This document shows positions 19,813-30,106 of a stretch of 53,464 nucleotides of DNA, piece by piece. Numbering within the stretch: position 1 is the first letter of the stretch; every line of letters starts with the position of its first letter. A program made the position numbers and the translations under genes. The DNA lies in the NCBI GenBank assembly GCA_964525185.1, contig CAZGFQ010000009.1:3791-57254 (forward strand), read 5' to 3'. The notes below the pieces were generated by a model, which worked only from the letters and a program-made list of their open reading frames with translations, was not told the origin of the DNA and did no database searches. Origin of the DNA: an uncultured bacterium (GTDB lineage Bacteria; Fidelibacterota; Marinisomatia; Marinisomatales; UBA1611).

Positions 19813-20709
19813 TTATTTAGACCTAGCACCCGATATTACAGCGTCAACAATTTTATACCTTGTCAAATAGATTGAAGAAATAAACGAATTAATAATATTT
19901 ATAAACAGTCTCAATACTGGGTTAAATATTATATACCCCTTAAATGAGCGAATCCAATCACCGGCTAATTCTCGTCTAAATTGAGGATGTTTCTCCAGTA
20001 AAAGTGGTAAATTATTTTTCCCGTAACTATTCATTGACGCTAAAAAAGAATCCAAAGTTCGTGGATGGTAATGGATTGAATATGTCTTTTTTGAAAAAAG
20101 AAAACTGTCGGGATATTTCATACTTATACGAAAAGCAAGGTCTGTATCCTCTCCTCCATATGCTTTGAAAGATTCATCAAATTTTCCTACTTCTGTAATA
20201 ATTTTTCTAGGTACCGCAGTATTCCCAAATAATAAATATTTGGCTGGAATTCTTTCTCCATCGTCCAATTTTCTTGGGCCTCTTAAATTGCTAAAGTAAT
20301 AATTCTCAAATTCACCACATTCAGAATTTTCCGGAAGGACATTATCGCCCATAACAGCAGTAACATTTTTCTGATTTAGATAACTGCAAAATAATTTTAA
20401 CCAGTCGTGTTGCACCTCCATATCACCATCTAATAAACATATAATATCCCCCGAACCTGCGTTCACACCTGTATTCCGAGCTGCCGACAGGCCTTTGTTT
20501 ACATCGTGAGTTATTATAGTTAATTCACTATGATTTTTATATGACTCCAATATTTCAGATGTTTGGTCTGTTGACGCATCATTAATGAAATAACAATGAT
20601 ATTTATCTTTAGGGTAGTTTTGTGTAATTAAACTTTGTACACATCTATCTAACGCTCTTTCAACATTATAACATGGTATAATTACATCTACGGTTTTGTT
20701 TAGATCCAT
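19813..20709 (-). CDS. GT2 family glycosyltransferase
   Basis: VIIPCYN, INDASTD, NKGLSAARNTG, LLDGD, YGGEDTDL. Confidence 0.93.
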   Translation of the reverse strand: MDLNKTVDVIIPCYNVERALDRCVQSLITQNYPKDKYHCYFINDASTDQTSEILESYKNHSELTIITHDVNKGLSAARNTGVNAGSGDIICLLDGDMEVQHDWLKLFCSYLNQKNVTAVMGDNVLPENSECGEFENYYFSNLRGPRKLDDGERIPAKYLLFGNTAVPRKIITEVGKFDESFKAYGGEDTDLAFRISMKYPDSFLFSKKTYSIHYHPRTLDSFLASMNSYGKNNLPLLLEKHPQFRRELAGDWIRSFKGYIIFNPVLRLFINIINSFISSIYLTRYKIVDAVISGARSK

Positions 20710-21785
20710 TGAAGGGACCTATAATAATCATATAATGCACTAGCTGTGCTTTCTAAACTATGTTTTTTTTCTACCCACTCTTTACTTTTTTTCTTTAATT
20801 CGATTACCTTTTCTTTGTTGGACACAATTTGTTTTATTTTAGATTCGAGTGTTTCGTGAGTAATGTTTATAAATGGATTGTCTGGTATAAATTGTTGGTA
20901 TTCCTGCACTAATTCGGTCATGCAAATTAAACCCATTGACAATGCTTCAACTGAATTCATGCCATACCCCCACCCGCCTCGATTATAAATTTGGTCGATT
21001 AAAATGTCACATTCTTGTTTTTGTTTTAAAACCGCTTCATAAGGTTGACCCTCAATTAGAATAAATTCAATAATCCCTTTTTTGTCCAATTTTTCACATA
21101 TTGGTATAATATGTTCACTACCTTTATAATATCTATTCGTTGGAGAGTGGCAAACTTTTAGCGTCTTATTTACTGATTCTTGAACTGAATATTTGGTCGT
21201 ATCGAATGGCAGAAATAAATAGTTCATATTGGGGTGTTTACGCAAAAGATCTAATTCGCTTGTTAAGTTTAATTGACTGATTTTATCCATTCCTGGCATT
21301 ACACCTCGCGTACGAATATCCTGCCCATGATATGTACATCCAATATGTTTATCCATTTTAGCCAATCTTTTTACAAACCTAGAATCTCTATATAGGCCTA
21401 ATCCCCACTCGAAATGATAAATATCATATTGGTATAAATTATACTTTTTAATAGCAGGTTCAATATAAAAACTCCAAACCCAATCCCTAAATTGGAAATA
21501 TTTTTTTTCTAAAAATGAGTTAGGAGACCAAGTCGGCGGACACCCTTCTCTTTCTGTATAGTCACCTAATTCCCCTCGGTAGTACTTATAATATTTGTGA
21601 CGAAAGTTTATATATTTTTTATTTGTTGAAACCATTGGCAAGTCTAAGCAAATACCAATATCATCCTGATATTTGGTCCTATAAAGAGTAATAATGTCAC
21701 AAGTATTTCCGTTAGACTCATGTATTTTTTTCCACAAAGGAAGAGTTCCCACTGTATTTTCAGGAGAGATATATAAAATTTTCAC
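20700..21785 (-). CDS. GT-B fold glycosyltransferase (GT4-like)
   Basis: YHGQDIR, HSPTNRYYKG, CDILIDQ, GYGMNSVEALSMG. Confidence 0.8.
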   Translation of the reverse strand: MKILYISPENTVGTLPLWKKIHESNGNTCDIITLYRTKYQDDIGICLDLPMVSTNKKYINFRHKYYKYYRGELGDYTEREGCPPTWSPNSFLEKKYFQFRDWVWSFYIEPAIKKYNLYQYDIYHFEWGLGLYRDSRFVKRLAKMDKHIGCTYHGQDIRTRGVMPGMDKISQLNLTSELDLLRKHPNMNYLFLPFDTTKYSVQESVNKTLKVCHSPTNRYYKGSEHIIPICEKLDKKGIIEFILIEGQPYEAVLKQKQECDILIDQIYNRGGWGYGMNSVEALSMGLICMTELVQEYQQFIPDNPFINITHETLESKIKQIVSNKEKVIELKKKSKEWVEKKHSLESTASALYDYYRSLQWI

Positions 21786-22891
21786 TATAAATATTCCTCA
21801 TACATTGAAAGAAAATTTTCTGTTAAAGAATTCCAATTATATTTTGAATAAATAGAATTTCTATTTTCCTGAAGTCCTGTATTTGTTTTATCATTTAAGG
21901 CGTGAATGATTGCCTCAGATAATTGTCCTACACTCCCTGGTTTCACAAGATGTAATGCTTGCACTTCAAATTGTTTCAAAGGGGGTAAGTCAGACGCAAC
22001 TATCCTGCACCCTGCCGCCATATATTCAAATAGTTTAGTGGGCGTCCCAATACGGGTAAGATGATTTGAAGCAAATGGGATTAAACCTACTTTTGCTTTA
22101 ACCAAATGTTGCCATATTTCGCGGTGCGCAACTTGCCCATGCCATAAAATATTTTCACCTAGTCCCAGTGAATTGATTTTTCCTAATACAACCTGTTTAT
22201 ATTCTTTTGTGCGAAATGTTCCAAATAAATTCAATATAACATCCGGTGCCTTCGCTTTCACTTTTTCCATAGATTCTACTAGTTCTGTAATTCCTCTTTC
22301 TGGAGCTAAGTGACCATGATAAACTAAAATATCATTTCTATTAAATTCTAATTTAGTGTTGGGGAATAACTTCGTTTCAGGGAAATTTTCTATAATATTA
22401 GGCCGAAACCCTTGTAGGTCATAATTGCAGTTTATAATGGCCGGACTTGCTAGAATAACTTCATCAACCCATGGTAAATATTTTTTCTCTCGCTTGATCC
22501 AAAGTGTTTTTTTTAACCATTGTATAGGTTTAGGCCAATTTGAGAATGTATTAATTAATGATGGATAATCTTCATGAACATCATAAAAAATAACTGTACC
22601 AAATTTTTCTTTTGCATTTTTTGCAAGCCAAAGTAATTCTGGTTCGTGAATGTGTAATATTTTTGGCGGATTTTTTTTAAAGAGGTTTAATAGTTTTTTT
22701 TGGTATAATTCGGTTGTATTTAATTCTGGTTTAAAATTTTTATATAATTGTAAACCATCTCGTTCTATTAATTCAGTGGTTGATCTGGTAAAATATTGGA
22801 CATCAAAGTTCTCCTGAATTAACAATTTTACTTGACGATGAAATATGCGTTCATCATCAGCATAATGGTGACATGACACTACGGCTATCAT
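21785..22891 (-). CDS. GT4 family glycosyltransferase
   Basis: DERIF, HIHEPE, YDVHED, PTKLFEYMAAG, VASD. Confidence 0.9.
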   Translation of the reverse strand: MIAVVSCHHYADDERIFHRQVKLLIQENFDVQYFTRSTTELIERDGLQLYKNFKPELNTTELYQKKLLNLFKKNPPKILHIHEPELLWLAKNAKEKFGTVIFYDVHEDYPSLINTFSNWPKPIQWLKKTLWIKREKKYLPWVDEVILASPAIINCNYDLQGFRPNIIENFPETKLFPNTKLEFNRNDILVYHGHLAPERGITELVESMEKVKAKAPDVILNLFGTFRTKEYKQVVLGKINSLGLGENILWHGQVAHREIWQHLVKAKVGLIPFASNHLTRIGTPTKLFEYMAAGCRIVASDLPPLKQFEVQALHLVKPGSVGQLSEAIIHALNDKTNTGLQENRNSIYSKYNWNSLTENFLSMYEEYL

Positions 22892-24306
22892 TGAATTAAA
22901 CTTTTTACTCCCATTCTTTCTTCATTGTTAATAATCAAACTATACCAAATCAACGGATAAAGCATGATAACTCCAAGGCGTTCCGCGGGATTAAAAGAAT
23001 ATTGTATTGATATAAGAATAAACAGGATTGGGAAGAAAATGGCACGCCAATTATAGGATATTTTATACGATTTATTATTTACAAGGAATATGGTAATACT
23101 CATACCTATAAATGCTAAAATCACAGCATAAGCAGCACCAATTTCACCCAATATTGGAATGAATACGTACCCAGCCACAATCATAATTATTGCACCAACA
23201 ACTCTAAATATTGGCACCCATTTTGTTTTTTCATTTTTATAAATACCCGGTAACTGCAATACATATACTCCAAAAAAGAAATAACCAATCAAAATAGCCG
23301 AAACAATCGGCTCGCAAGACCAAAATTCACTCCCAATTAATGATTTCCCTGCAATCGAAAGCCTCATTATTGATGGAACCCACATTATAACAATAAGGAT
23401 TAAGAATCCTAGGATGCCTAAAAATATGGATGTTATTTTAGAAAAGTCTGATCGTGCGCCTTTTTCTTTTATCCTTTTTAAAAAATAGGGCGTCCACCCC
23501 ATGTTAAATCCCATAACAACAACAAGTCCTAACATTCCAAGTTTTTTCCCCGCTGAATACAGTCCAACTGCGGATGTATCTGCTAACCACTCTAATAAAT
23601 ACCTGTCCGATAATTCCATTACCATCGTAAAGAGACCTGCAGGTAAAAATGGTAATGCAAATAATAATACATCCTTAAATATTTTTTTATCAAATGATTG
23701 TAGATTTATTCGGTTATAAATAATGGGTAACGTTAAAAGAAATATTAAGCCTGAAGCAACTATATTTGCTTCAAATACTCCCTGGACGCCTTTCATTAAG
23801 TAAATCACAAAATATATATTTAACCCCATAGTTACAAATACGTTTAACAAACTCAAGGATATATATATAATAGGTCTTTGTTCTGATCTCAACAACAACA
23901 TAGGAAGATTCCATATAGAATCGAAAAATAAAATGATAGCAATATAAGATAACCAATTTGAATCTGTTGAGCCTAAAATGATTGGCGCTAATGGTTCTCG
24001 GAATACATACAACAAAAAGGAAATAGATAACCCGGTTACAAATTGAGACAGAATGATAACGGTAATATGTTTCTTTCGTCTATTACCATTCTCCTGCACT
24101 GAATATTTCATTAAAGCGGTATCCATGCCATATCGATAGAATACCATGGAAAACCCAATAAATGCATAAGCAAGAGATAGAGTTCCATATTGGTCCGTTG
24201 TGAATACATGTGTGTACATCGGCAACAATAGGAACGTAACAAGTCGTGTTAAAATATGACCAATGCCATAAATCAACGATTGTTTACCAAGGGACTTTAT
24301 TGACAT
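22888..24306 (-). CDS. Wzx-type oligosaccharide flippase
   Basis: LGKQSLIYG, FLLLPMYT, SDRYLL, VGLYSAG, about 12-14 TM helices. Confidence 0.88.
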   Translation of the reverse strand: MSIKSLGKQSLIYGIGHILTRLVTFLLLPMYTHVFTTDQYGTLSLAYAFIGFSMVFYRYGMDTALMKYSVQENGNRRKKHITVIILSQFVTGLSISFLLYVFREPLAPIILGSTDSNWLSYIAIILFFDSIWNLPMLLLRSEQRPIIYISLSLLNVFVTMGLNIYFVIYLMKGVQGVFEANIVASGLIFLLTLPIIYNRINLQSFDKKIFKDVLLFALPFLPAGLFTMVMELSDRYLLEWLADTSAVGLYSAGKKLGMLGLVVVMGFNMGWTPYFLKRIKEKGARSDFSKITSIFLGILGFLILIVIMWVPSIMRLSIAGKSLIGSEFWSCEPIVSAILIGYFFFGVYVLQLPGIYKNEKTKWVPIFRVVGAIIMIVAGYVFIPILGEIGAAYAVILAFIGMSITIFLVNNKSYKISYNWRAIFFPILFILISIQYSFNPAERLGVIMLYPLIWYSLIINNEERMGVKSLIQ

Positions 24307-24310
24307 ATAT

Positions 24311-25279
24311 TTATGGTAGTATTAACTCAAGAGTGTCTCTGAAAATTCCGCTGGAGCCAAAATTTTCCTTGAATCTACCAAGCCCCATATTCGGTTCTTC
24401 ATTGACCGTAAATATTCCGAAATCAAAACAATGAAATTGCTTTTTAATTGCCCATTCAAACGTTTTATAGAATAATAAATTAACCGCGCGATAGTCCTGA
24501 TATTGTTCGTCGTGGCTAATATAAAAGGCTAGAACAACACGTTGGTTAACAATGAAGTTTACAACACCGGCAATCATTGTATTATCCACATAAGCGGCAA
24601 GGAGGTGAATATCTTCCGGATAAATATCGTGGAGATGTTTTAATTCTGCTAATGTATGCGTTGGCATTACATCGTGTCGAATTTTTAAGTTTTTCTCCAG
24701 AATTTTATAAAAAGAATCAAAATCATTTGATTGCCTTACTTCAACACCCATTTTGATGGCTTTCTTTACTGCGCGCCTATGTGTCTCTTTAAACTTATTT
24801 AAGTTTTTGTCCATAGCATCTTCCAAAAACAAGACACTTGTTATTTCTCGTTTAGTGTATTTAAAGCCATTTTTTAATAAAGTGAAGTCTAAATAATTCG
24901 ATGGGCGTTTTTGATAAACAATAGGCGGAAGTGTTATTCGGATTCCATTAAAATGATTCTCTTTTGAATATTGAATTAATGATTCCGTCAACAGGAATGA
25001 ATCAGCAATAGACAAATTTTCAGGAACAACTAAAGAACCCATCGAAGCACCTGGGTGTGAAATTAGCCATTTTTCATTATTTATTATTTTCTCTGCAGCA
25101 GGGAATACAACGAACGGGGAATTCTTTTTTAAAAATAGAAGACTTGAATCTTTAAAACGATTTGGTGGATGGTATCCTAAAAATTCGCGAAAATGGAAAA
25201 TTGTTCCATTGTTAGCATCAGAAACTATAGCATTCCAATGGTCGCTATCGTTCGATTTGAATGGCTTAATTGTTATCAT
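24311..25279 (-). CDS. GNAT-fold FemAB-related transferase
   Basis: NGTIFH.REFLGYH, RRAVKKA, FDFG, NMGLGRFKENFG; start moved to ATG 25279. Confidence 0.8.
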   Translation of the reverse strand: MITIKPFKSNDSDHWNAIVSDANNGTIFHFREFLGYHPPNRFKDSSLLFLKKNSPFVVFPAAEKIINNEKWLISHPGASMGSLVVPENLSIADSFLLTESLIQYSKENHFNGIRITLPPIVYQKRPSNYLDFTLLKNGFKYTKREITSVLFLEDAMDKNLNKFKETHRRAVKKAIKMGVEVRQSNDFDSFYKILEKNLKIRHDVMPTHTLAELKHLHDIYPEDIHLLAAYVDNTMIAGVVNFIVNQRVVLAFYISHDEQYQDYRAVNLLFYKTFEWAIKKQFHCFDFGIFTVNEEPNMGLGRFKENFGSSGIFRDTLELILP

Positions 25280-25376
25280 TGAATAAAAATGTTGAAAAAA
25301 GTTGAAAGTTCCAATTAGGGAGTTGGATATATTTACCACTTGAATCTAATTTGACCAGCTATTTTTAAGGAGAAAA

Positions 25377-26666
25377 ATGTTGAAATCACACATAAAAAAT
25401 ATTCATGCGCGAGAAATCTTAGATTCTAGAGGGAATCCAACGGTTGAGGTAGACCTAACACTTAATGATGGAAGCTTTAGTCGAGCTGCTGTTCCTTCCG
25501 GTGCATCCACTGGAGAATATGAAGCTAATGAACTTCGAGACGGGGATCAAAACCGATTTCTTGGTAAAGGTGTTTTAAATGCAGTTACAAATATTAATAC
25601 TAAAATTGCACCAGAATTAGTGGGGCAAGACGTAACTCACCAAGAAGGTGTTGACCAAAAAATGCTCGACCTTGATGGGACTGAAAATAAGTCCAATTTG
25701 GGTGCTAATGCATTATTAGGCGTTTCCATGGCAGCTGCTAAAGCGTCCGCAATTACGCAAGGAATCCCATTATATCAATCATTTCAATCAAATGGAAATT
25801 TCTCGTTGCCTGTTCCAATGATGAATATCCTCAACGGAGGAAGCCATGCAGATAACAATGTCGATATACAAGAATTCATGGTTTTTCCTTTTGGTGCCGA
25901 ATCTTTTTCTCATGCGCTACGTATGGGAACAGAAGTTTTTCATCATCTAAAATCTGTTTTAAAATCAAACGGGCTTAATACATCTGTCGGTGATGAGGGT
26001 GGCTTTGCGCCAAATCTTGGGTCAAATGAAGAAGCTATTGATGTTATACTGGAAGCGATAAGTCGCGCTGGGTATGAACCTGGGAAAGATATCTTTTTAG
26101 CTCTTGATGTTGCTTCGAGTGAAATATATAAAGATGGCGTTTATCATCTTTCATCAGAAAACAAAATTCTTTCTTCTAGCGAAATGATTCAATTTTTGAA
26201 GAATTTATCCGATAAATACCCTATTGTTTCAATAGAAGATGGATTAGATGAAAATGACTGGGATGGTTGGGCAACACTTCAATCTACAATCGGGGATACT
26301 ATCCAAATTGTTGGTGACGATCTAACCGTTACAAATATTACTCGTTTACAAAGAGCAATTGATGATAAATCAATGAATGCTATTTTGATTAAACTAAATC
26401 AAATTGGAACAGTAACAGAAACAATTAAAGCTGTTGAAATGGCTAGAAACAATGGAATGGGTGCTGTTATTTCTCATCGATCAGGCGAAACGGAAGATAC
26501 AACTATTGCTGATTTCTCTGTTGCCATGGGAATGGGACAAATAAAAACAGGTTCAGCATCTAGAACAGATCGAATTTGTAAATACAATCAATTGCTTCGC
26601 ATCGAAGAGGCGTTGGGGAATAATGCTGTATTTCCATCTATGGAGGTTCTTGGTCATAATCGATGA
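25377..26666 (+). CDS. eno: Enolase
   Basis: [39 protein letters not shown]; AAGGAG SD. Confidence 0.99.
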   Translation: MLKSHIKNIHAREILDSRGNPTVEVDLTLNDGSFSRAAVPSGASTGEYEANELRDGDQNRFLGKGVLNAVTNINTKIAPELVGQDVTHQEGVDQKMLDLDGTENKSNLGANALLGVSMAAAKASAITQGIPLYQSFQSNGNFSLPVPMMNILNGGSHADNNVDIQEFMVFPFGAESFSHALRMGTEVFHHLKSVLKSNGLNTSVGDEGGFAPNLGSNEEAIDVILEAISRAGYEPGKDIFLALDVASSEIYKDGVYHLSSENKILSSSEMIQFLKNLSDKYPIVSIEDGLDENDWDGWATLQSTIGDTIQIVGDDLTVTNITRLQRAIDDKSMNAILIKLNQIGTVTETIKAVEMARNNGMGAVISHRSGETEDTTIADFSVAMGMGQIKTGSASRTDRICKYNQLLRIEEALGNNAVFPSMEVLGHNR

Positions 26667-27019
26667 GTCAGTATAATAAACTGAAGCGAAGGCGAAAACC
26701 TCGAAGCTTGAGAAAAGATGCAAATTATGCTCAAAAGCAATTTGTTAGAGGAATATTTATACTCGTTGCTGTTACGCTTCTCATTATTTTTATTTTTGGA
26801 AATCACGGCTTATTGCAATTGTACCGTCTAAAAAGTGAACGCGAAAATATTCAAAATTATATTTCTGAACTTCGCCAAGAAAGAGAATCGTTAAAGGTTG
26901 AAAAAAATAGATTAGAAAACGATCTAGAGTACATTGAAAAACTAGCTCGCGAAAAATTCCGAATGGTAAAAAAAGGTGAAAAAATATTTAAAGTTATAAG
27001 ACCGGATTCCACGCCATGA
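26663..27019 (+). CDS. ftsB: Septum formation initiator FtsB/DivIC
   Basis: Basic N-terminus, TM, GNHGLL, coiled coil, [16 protein letters not shown]; eno-ftsB synteny. Confidence 0.88.
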   Translation: MSQYNKLKRRRKPRSLRKDANYAQKQFVRGIFILVAVTLLIIFIFGNHGLLQLYRLKSERENIQNYISELRQERESLKVEKNRLENDLEYIEKLAREKFRMVKKGEKIFKVIRPDSTP

Positions 27020-28082
27020 TTCTACGGGATTCTATCGCACCAGATGAATCATGAACCGTTTTTTGTAATTCATTCAACCTTGGCCAATAATCTATAAAAA
27101 TTGCTTTTTTGTATTCTCCGTTTTTATTGAAATGATATATTTCAAATGGAAATTGGTCTTTATTATTATAAATAAGATGGCTCCCCGCAAGTGTATTATC
27201 GCTTCTAAAATAAGATGAACGTATTTTTTCAAAATATCCGTCTTTCTTATCCATCATTTTATACGATATTTTATAATGATAATACAATATACCATTTTCA
27301 TCATATATAGATACATTTTCTGGCCGCCCATCTCTTCTTGTTTTAAAACGGGCAACCCAGTTTAATCTTACATCGCTTAAAATATCAGAAAATAGAATGG
27401 AATCAATATCTGTTAATCTATTATTCTGAAAGAATGAAATATAATATTCGTATCGTGTCCCCTTTTTTGACCATTTATAATTCCACACATACTGTAGGAT
27501 ATGATTTTTATCAAAAAAGGACACTTTTTTAATTCGCCCATCTTTGTTTAATTGGGCTTCGTAAAATGGTTTTTTGAAAAACCATTCAACTGTATTTCTT
27601 TCTTCGAGCCGAACTTTATATGGGTCCCATTTCCCAAAATATCCTTTTGTATGATTAATGTTTTTTAAATTTTCTAGATCCTTAACAACAAACTTAATGG
27701 ATTGGGGTTTACTATCGTGAATCCGAACTGTATCATGTACAGTAACAATAACTTCACGATCGACAAATACAATGTCAGGTGATAGTGTAACTAATTTATC
27801 TTCTTTTGGTTTCCCTGAGAATGGGCTCCATTTGGGTAATTTAAATAAAGATCGTAATCTTCCTTTTTTGCCTTTATTAAACTGGATATCCACTATTTCA
27901 TTCTCAGATGAATAAGTTACAGTATAGTGCGGTTTACGAATTAATTGATCTTCTAATCTTTCTTCATTCCAATCAATTTTATTATTTTTATCAATAAGGA
28001 AATATCGTGTAGTATCTTGTTGCGAATATAAAAAGCTACATAGAATTAAAAAGTTTATTGTGGTAAATACAATTCGAAGCAT
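26994..28082 (-). CDS. Hypothetical exported protein with beta-hairpin-like repeats
   Basis: Signal peptide; recurring (F/Y)D.NG / DGR turns; 3' end overlaps ftsB convergently by 26 nt. Confidence 0.65.
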   Translation of the reverse strand: MLRIVFTTINFLILCSFLYSQQDTTRYFLIDKNNKIDWNEERLEDQLIRKPHYTVTYSSENEIVDIQFNKGKKGRLRSLFKLPKWSPFSGKPKEDKLVTLSPDIVFVDREVIVTVHDTVRIHDSKPQSIKFVVKDLENLKNINHTKGYFGKWDPYKVRLEERNTVEWFFKKPFYEAQLNKDGRIKKVSFFDKNHILQYVWNYKWSKKGTRYEYYISFFQNNRLTDIDSILFSDILSDVRLNWVARFKTRRDGRPENVSIYDENGILYYHYKISYKMMDKKDGYFEKIRSSYFRSDNTLAGSHLIYNNKDQFPFEIYHFNKNGEYKKAIFIDYWPRLNELQKTVHDSSGAIESRRIMAWNPVL

Positions 28083-28102
28083 TAATCCGCCTTAAAAAGG
28101 AA

Positions 28103-28963
28103 TTATGCCATTCCCCAGCTTAGAAGGACTATTAATAGAAAAAACATACCGAACCCAATCCATGCACCAGATTTGACTTTATTTTGATAATCGTAGACAT
28201 CTTCATCTAAAGATTGATACCTTAATACAATTTCTTCTGTTTTTCCTTCATCCACATATACATCCAAAATGCCCATTCTTAAAATATCATCTAACATTTT
28301 ATCTTTTGGTGATTTCGGTGAATCCATCTGAGTTGGATCGCCCGGGAAATAACCAATTTTATGCCAACCAGGGAAAACATCAACATCATGTTTGATTGGT
28401 GTATGTCCCACATAAATTCCATCAACATAAATAGGTAAATCGGGAGTATCACATAAAATAGTCACATATGTTCTAACTCGTTCTTCTTTGTACGTTGATG
28501 GATGTTTCCATTTCTTTTGATTAAAATCTTCTTTAGTTGGTAAAATAAATGATTGGGTGATTTCATCATCTTCAACTCGATCAACATTTTCATCACCCCA
28601 AAATACAATCACCTGAACTAAAGATGTATCAGGGAAAAAAGCAAAATCAAAGCTGGTGATTTTTTTTGCTAAATGAATTGAAAGCGTCGTTGATGTTTCA
28701 ACAAAATGTGATGATATATCTAATGCAGGATATTCAAATGTTTGAGATAAAATATCTTCTGATGGTGGAATAACATCTTCCATTTCTATGTTGAGCCAAT
28801 TAACGCGATCTATCCATCCTGAAATTTTATCCGCTTGAATTGGGTCAGTTGTATTAATTGTTAAAATGATATTGTCTAGTTTTGTCTCTACTGATATGCC
28901 AACAATACCATTACCAAATAATTGGCTATATAATAAAACATAAAATAAAAATCGTTTATACAT
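28103..28963 (-). CDS. Exported AMIN-like + PEGA-like protein with C-terminal membrane anchor
   Basis: Signal peptide, IYVDGIYVGHTPI...PGWHKI, C-terminal hydrophobic helix. Confidence 0.7.
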   Translation of the reverse strand: MYKRFLFYVLLYSQLFGNGIVGISVETKLDNIILTINTTDPIQADKISGWIDRVNWLNIEMEDVIPPSEDILSQTFEYPALDISSHFVETSTTLSIHLAKKITSFDFAFFPDTSLVQVIVFWGDENVDRVEDDEITQSFILPTKEDFNQKKWKHPSTYKEERVRTYVTILCDTPDLPIYVDGIYVGHTPIKHDVDVFPGWHKIGYFPGDPTQMDSPKSPKDKMLDDILRMGILDVYVDEGKTEEIVLRYQSLDEDVYDYQNKVKSGAWIGFGMFFLLIVLLSWGMA

Positions 28964-29029
28964 GATTATAAATTAATTCCTGTTTTTATTTCACCCATGT
29001 GGAATAAATAGTTTGGGGACATTCCTATA

Positions 29030-30106
29030 TTAATTGGAATGTGTTTTATCTTTTTTAGGCTCTTCAGGTAACGTAAATACTAACTTTTGAGTTTTGCCGC
29101 CGGGGATATATACTTCTTTTTCATTCGGTACTTGAATAGAATACATATCTGAAACCATGTTTTTTGGTACATTTAATTCTATTTTATGATAACCCGGTTC
29201 AATAATTATCCCATCATTAATAGGTGTTTTCCCTATAATATCTCCATCTATTGTAACCGTAATTCCATCAACATTACATAATATTTTTATTTTTGATTCT
29301 TCAGCAGTAGATGGGGAAAAATAAGTTTGTTTTGGGAATTTTGGTGAAAACTCAGCTCCATCTATCCCAATTGTCTTTTTTGTAACAACGCGCTTTTCAG
29401 AAAAATTAGTGGCCGATTTTAAATCGTTAGACTTATTTGATTTAATAGCTTTTTTGGGTACAGCTTTTTTCTTAGCCTTTTTCTTCTTCTTTTTAACGGG
29501 GTCAACTTTTGGCTTTCCTTCTTTAGATCCAGGAACAGCATTTGTACTATACCAATCACCATACCATACAAAATATTGATCTTCCCCATATTTAGATCTT
29601 GCGTCCCAAAAAGATTCTTCGAAAGCTTTTCCTCTAAATTCATTTTTTTGAATTGTAATAATTTCACTTGCTATGCTACCTGCTGCTTCTTGAATACGGT
29701 CAATTTTTTCTCCGTCCATTTTATTTCTTAGTTGAACAAGAATTACAGGGTGGGTTTTTGAGTGGTATATTTTAAATGACGAAACAGAATCTTCTAAAAA
29801 AAATCCTATCTGGGATGATTCGGGATTTTCAATTGCCTCAATTTCTAGTACGGGCGGTTCAATATCAATCTTTCCCACATTCTCTGCGTTAACTCCAACA
29901 CCGCTCAATGTGAGGTAAAACCAATTTGACGTGGATATCCAACCGGTAATGTCCTCAAGGCTAATTAGCTGAGTAAACCTGAGTCGTATTAATGTTCCGT
30001 TACTCTTTTTGTGGTATGAAAGTTCCTTGATCCGGTTATTGGACGCCCCAAAAACAAGAGTCATGACAAAAAGAGATAAAATAATATATTTAATTCGTGA
30101 GTTCAT
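29030..30106 (-). CDS. Exported AMIN-like + Lys-rich linker + PEGA-like protein
   Basis: Signal peptide, KSNGTLIRL...NWFYLTLSG, KKKKKKAKKK, VTIDGDIIGKTPI...PGYHKI. Confidence 0.7.
   Translation of the reverse strand: MNSRIKYIILSLFVMTLVFGASNNRIKELSYHKKSNGTLIRLRFTQLISLEDITGWISTSNWFYLTLSGVGVNAENVGKIDIEPPVLEIEAIENPESSQIGFFLEDSVSSFKIYHSKTHPVILVQLRNKMDGEKIDRIQEAAGSIASEIITIQKNEFRGKAFEESFWDARSKYGEDQYFVWYGDWYSTNAVPGSKEGKPKVDPVKKKKKKAKKKAVPKKAIKSNKSNDLKSATNFSEKRVVTKKTIGIDGAEFSPKFPKQTYFSPSTAEESKIKILCNVDGITVTIDGDIIGKTPINDGIIIEPGYHKIELNVPKNMVSDMYSIQVPNEKEVYIPGGKTQKLVFTLPEEPKKDKTHSN

Noticed and set aside
29464-29495. T-rich tract on the + strand as a terminator or slippage site
   Set aside because: It encodes the poly-Lys linker on the minus strand with mixed AAA/AAG codons; the ORF is intact
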